DNA from: Candidatus Calditenuaceae archaeon HR02
Lineage (GTDB): Archaea; Thermoproteota; Nitrososphaeria_A; Caldarchaeales; Calditenuaceae
Assembly (NCBI GenBank): GCA_002898395.1
Contig: BEHE01000007.1
Location: forward strand, 22,872 to 86,871
Reading direction: 5' to 3'
DNA: 64,000 nucleotides
Of the stretch, positions 60,670 to 64,000 are shown piece after piece (position 1 is the first letter of the stretch; the number at the start of each line of letters is the position of its first letter). The position numbers and the translations under genes are program-made. The notes beneath the pieces were generated by a model. That model was given only the letters and a program-made list of their open reading frames with translations. It was not told where the DNA came from and made no database searches.

Positions 60670-61662
60670 TTAAATAAGACCCTCTAATTTGGGTGGATAA
60701 TACACTAGTCTCTTACCTTCTTCAGCACTAAACCTAAGTTTCTCCATAATATCGTGAACCAATATCGCATCATATACCGTTTGTATAGGTTTTCTCTTTC
60801 TAGCCAACACATCGTCTACAAAATGTTTCATCAGATTTATAAACGATTCCCTGTAATCCACTGTCCATGCCATCATAAATGAAACTCCTTCCTGATAGGA
60901 CACATCTCCAAATGAGGATATTGTTATTACTCCCTTCGTCCCCACTATTTTGTCCAACCACATCCAAGAATCACTTGATATATCATCGGCAGCCCAGTTA
61001 GCAACTATATTCCCTATTCCACCATTAGCATACTTGAACGTGGAGACAAAGATCTCATCGCTCTTAAGTTCTTTGTATGTTATTGTGCTCCAACTTGCGT
61101 AAATTTCTTTAGGAAGGCCGAGCAGATAATTTGAAACATATATTGAATGATATGCTTGCGTGAACAGGGCCCCATGATATTTTTTCGCAACATTCTCTTC
61201 CATTCTTTGTGTAACTATGAAAAGAGCATAAGTAGGCTCACCTATTTCCTTATCTTGTATCAACTTTTTAGCCCTCATTACTTTGGGTCTAAAGATATAG
61301 TTATGAACAGGAAAGAGTGTTACATTTTCCTCCTTACTCACCCTAGCCATGTCTATAACCTCCTTAAGTGAAAGTGATAGGGGTTTCTCCACGAGCACAT
61401 GTTTGCCGGCTTTCATAGCCTTTATAGCCTGTTCGTAGTGATGTTCATCAGCGCTACATATTACTACAGAATCAACTTTTTCATCTTTCAGCATCTCGTC
61501 ATAAGAGTGGTATGGTTTTGTATTCCATAATTTGGCTATTTTTTCGGCCCTCTCTTTACTATGACTAAAGACCCCAACTAGTTCACCGTATTCCGTATAA
61601 AGTATGCCTCGGTAGTGGTTCTGAGAGACTTCTCCGAGCCCCGATATGGCTATCCCTACCAT
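60670..61662 (-). CDS. Gfo/Idh/MocA oxidoreductase
   Basis: GLG, GKHVLVEKP, HNY.F. Confidence 0.9.
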   Translation of the reverse strand: MVGIAISGLGEVSQNHYRGILYTEYGELVGVFSHSKERAEKIAKLWNTKPYHSYDEMLKDEKVDSVVICSADEHHYEQAIKAMKAGKHVLVEKPLSLSLKEVIDMARVSKEENVTLFPVHNYIFRPKVMRAKKLIQDKEIGEPTYALFIVTQRMEENVAKKYHGALFTQAYHSIYVSNYLLGLPKEIYASWSTITYKELKSDEIFVSTFKYANGGIGNIVANWAADDISSDSWMWLDKIVGTKGVITISSFGDVSYQEGVSFMMAWTVDYRESFINLMKHFVDDVLARKRKPIQTVYDAILVHDIMEKLRFSAEEGKRLVYYPPKLEGLI

Positions 61663-61799
61663 TTAAACCCCTCCCTTAGGCTCGGGACACACCCCTTCAA
61701 CGCTATTCCTTAAGGAACTTTATATATCTCATTCAGAAAGGCTGAACAGGGTGAGATCCCGAAGCACTGCCTCCACCATTCCTCTTTGGCTGTTCCCGG

Positions 61800-61932
61800 A
61801 AATAAACCAATATTGTTTACGCAGTTATGGGATGCTGTACAGTGTGAAAGAAGCTATGCCTTTACTGCCGTCTGGACCGTGGCCTCCTTCTTCTTAGCCC
61901 TACACTCGGCCAGGATGAGTAGCCATGACTCT
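61800..61932 (+). repeat. Diverged direct repeat, copy 2 (tfe-beta 3' remnant)
   Basis: Minus strand reads ESWLLILAECRAKKKEATVQTAVK versus ESWLLSLAESRAKKEETTVQTAVK. Confidence 0.8.
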
Positions 61933-62082
61933 GCCTGCTCGGCAAGAATTGAAGTTAACGCGCAGCAGTGAGGTGGCCAAACCGGGTTTGATAGTCATAG
62001 CCACAGACGTCCTAATATCCACCACCTCGACCTGCCCTGCTGTAGGAATAACTGAATACCTTCATAGCGCGTAATAGTTTGG

Positions 62083-62469
62083 TCAGCAGCTCCTCTGTGG
62101 CTGCTCGTCAAGCCAAACTGTCTTGTACTCGCTCTTCTTAGGAATGATGCAGAGGAACTCGGCATCCTCTTCGCCATCATTAAAGTATGCGTGGACTGTC
62201 CCAGCGAGAATCAGTATGGCATCACCCCCACTCACAACAACCTCCCTATCACCCAGCATAACACGATACCTCCCCTTCAGGACATACTGGATGTGCTCTA
62301 TATCTGGATGCATGTGCGGGGGAATCATCCCACCCGGCCTAATCCTAAACTTTCTCAGCTCGAAATTAGGCGCCCCGTCACGCCTGTCAATAAGCCACTG
62401 GATGAAGGCCGCCTCAGCCCTATCAACGGCCGCCTCAGGAACAGAAGAAGAGCTCTTCACTACAGACAT
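62083..62469 (-). CDS. Cupin domain protein
   Basis: GAPNF.LR.F...PGG.IPPH.H...EH.QYVL.G, H.Y.N, FLC.IP. Confidence 0.9.
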   Translation of the reverse strand: MSVVKSSSSVPEAAVDRAEAAFIQWLIDRRDGAPNFELRKFRIRPGGMIPPHMHPDIEHIQYVLKGRYRVMLGDREVVVSGGDAILILAGTVHAYFNDGEEDAEFLCIIPKKSEYKTVWLDEQPQRSC

Positions 62470-63236
62470 CTAGCCCCAAACGCACCGGTGATACCTAATA
62501 TTTAAGCCCGCGGGCATCACACATGTTTTCGCAGCCCTCCCTTCAAACCTATCAGCGCATAGCTCGTTGCATGCACAGGGCTTATCAAAATTGAGCCCCT
62601 TTATTAAATAATAATATAATTAAAATACTCTTTCTCCGAACCCCTTACTTCCGGCTAGTTAACCGTATAGGCATTAAGGTGACGAACCAGCGCCCCCATG
62701 CTGGCGGCGAGAGGATCATCCTTTTAACCAAAAGATATGAAAGCTACACATTGAGAAGCACCTCATACCTTATTCCTCGGCGCTCATCTCGGTCTCATAA
62801 GGGATTAATATATCTTCTTCCCAGCACATTCGTCATGGACCTTATAGTAATAGATAGGGGGGTGCCTCAGTTAACTGAGGGGAGCCACATGCCACAAGGT
62901 GGTTCCGTACACAAGTATCCCTCACAGTGCCGAGATGAGCGTTCCTCGGATTAGATGATGGTGCTTCGGCAAGGTGTCGAATGCTTTGAAGCGGTCTCTT
63001 CATCAATGGTTGGACGTCGAATTAATTCTACTTTCTCCTATGCCGTATTAGTGATGGCTGGTTTTTATCCCTTAGTATCGCCAGGTTAAGTAATAGTGCT
63101 GAGTAGTAAAACCAGAAGACTTGAGCTGGGTCCTGTCTGTTCCACTGACAGTCGCAAAAGGAGAAGGTGAGCCAGAGGTTAGCTGCTATGAATGTGCCTA
63201 TGGCGGCCGCAATTCTAGATAAATCCCCACCAGGAT

Positions 63237-63419
63237 TTATCCTAGAATCGGCATCGGCTCGCCGGAGAGGAATGATATCAATGCGTCTCCGCCAAGGCTC
63301 ACGTATGTGAAGTCGCTTGGCCTGAGTCCCAGGATTTCTATGGCTGTGACCGAGTCGCCTCCGCCTATAAGTGTTGATGCGCGGGACCTTGCGAGAGCCA
63401 TGTAGATTGCCTGGGTTCC
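63237..63419 (-). pseudogene. pgk: 3' fragment of phosphoglycerate kinase
   Basis: GTQAIYMALARSRASTLIGGGDSVTAIEILG....FTYVSLGGDALISFLSGEPMP. Confidence 0.8.
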
Positions 63420-63423
63420 TTAA

Positions 63424-63545
63424 TTCAGAGGCTTTAAAACCCAGTTTAAGAGTCTTAGATCAGGGTTCAGGGACTTTAGGGCTGAGTTTAAAGACTTCCG
63501 AGCAGAATTCGAGGATTTCAGGACTGAGTTTAGAGACCTCAAGGA
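63424..63545 (+). repeat. Degenerate 21-nt (heptad) coding repeat, orphan coiled-coil fragment
   Basis: FRGFKTQ FKSLRSG FRDFRAE FKDFRAE FEDFRTE FRDLKE, preceded by an in-frame stop. Confidence 0.65.
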
Positions 63546-63585
63546 GCTATCAATTAAGCTGTCTCAGGACGAGGCGCAGGTGTAT

Positions 63586-63687
63586 GGGCCCGTAGCTCAG
63601 TGGCAGAGAATATTGGACTTTTCGTCCAATATCTGGTCCGCTGGCCTTCGGAGCCAGAGGTCGAGGGTTCGAACCCCTCCGGGCCCG
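63586..63687 (+). tRNA. tRNA-Arg(TCG) with a 30-nt intron at 24/25 (63609-63638)
   Basis: GGGCCCG/CGGGCCC acceptor; D stem GCTC/GAG|C restored after intron removal; CTGGC-CTTCGGA-GCCAG; GAGGG-TTCGAAC-CCCTC. Confidence 0.93.
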
Positions 63688-63728
63688 CATCTATATTTCT
63701 CTAGATTGGTGAGGGTGTGTTGGTTTGA

Positions 63729-63998
63729 TTATAGGTAAGTGGGAAATAGAGTGGGAGGAAAAGAGAGGGGGAGGGTTGGTATTAGTCCTCTTCTCCTGAG
63801 ATACTCTTCTAGCCTTGTCCTCTTTCTATCAATGGTGAAGTCAACTTTCTCGTAGAACCTCTTATTAAACCCCTTGCGTATCTTGATGTAATATTCGTCT
63901 CTTCTGGATTTGTATAGTTTGCCTGTCCTTGGGTCTCTAAACGGTTTGCCAGCTCTCTGAAGTAGCTTCGGCTCGTCCGAAGTCGTCTCAATACCAAC
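63729..63998 (-). CDS. 3' end of a LAGLIDADG-like endonuclease (partial; continues beyond the window)
   Basis: Frame absent from the ORF track: ..EYYIKI....KRFYEKVDFTIDRKRTRLEEYL. Confidence 0.6.
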   Translation of the reverse strand, partial: VGIETTSDEPKLLQRAGKPFRDPRTGKLYKSRRDEYYIKIRKGFNKRFYEKVDFTIDRKRTRLEEYLRRRGLIPTLPLSFPPTLFPTYL

Positions 63999-64000
63999 CT

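Noticed and set aside
62640-63010. IS6-like transposase remnant (DRFKAFD) and palindrome CCTCAGTTAACTGAGG
   Set aside because: One short motif; no clear ends or reading frame
63371-63595. 74-aa ORF, or a split SSV-type integrase overlapping the tRNA
   Set aside because: The ORF is the wrong frame of the heptad repeat; no integrase motifs or second att copy in the window
63809-63997. 62-aa ORF from the track
   Set aside because: An alternative frame ending at 63729 gives the protein-like sequence

Overview
Archaeal chromosomal window, most consistent with a TACK lineage such as Aigarchaeota/Caldarchaeales (inference from unsplit Rpo1 and Rpo2, crenarchaeal-type SSB, TFE-beta, a stand-alone 23S rRNA gene and frequent TTG/GTG starts). 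Most of it is housekeeping: aglB, ileS, rio2, rpoH-B-A-L30e-nusA, leuCD, homocitrate synthase, thyX, a pyrF-pyrE fusion and a heme-copper oxidase operon. The 23S gene (minus strand) carries two different intron types: a group I intron at L1923 with a double-motif LAGLIDADG gene, and a bulge-helix-bulge (BHB) intron whose LAGLIDADG frame has no stop inside the intron until it circularises. The most intriguing feature is a ~1 kb element at 18.4-19.5 kb. It encodes a compact IS110/Nop-like protein with no obvious recombinase serine loop. Downstream lies a symmetric two-guide RNA-like structure, one guide of which matches the element's own flank, so it is a candidate RNA-guided system. Also present: a RadA/inactive-RadA/PolB2 cassette, a MITE, an AT-richer ABC island bracketed by a duplicated tfe-beta 3' end, hidden fragments of cysS, pgk and a PPP phosphatase, two unannotated small proteins, probable CTG starts, and tRNA-Arg(TCG) with a non-canonical intron next to a free-standing LAGLIDADG-like gene. 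All calls were made by eye; no searches were run.
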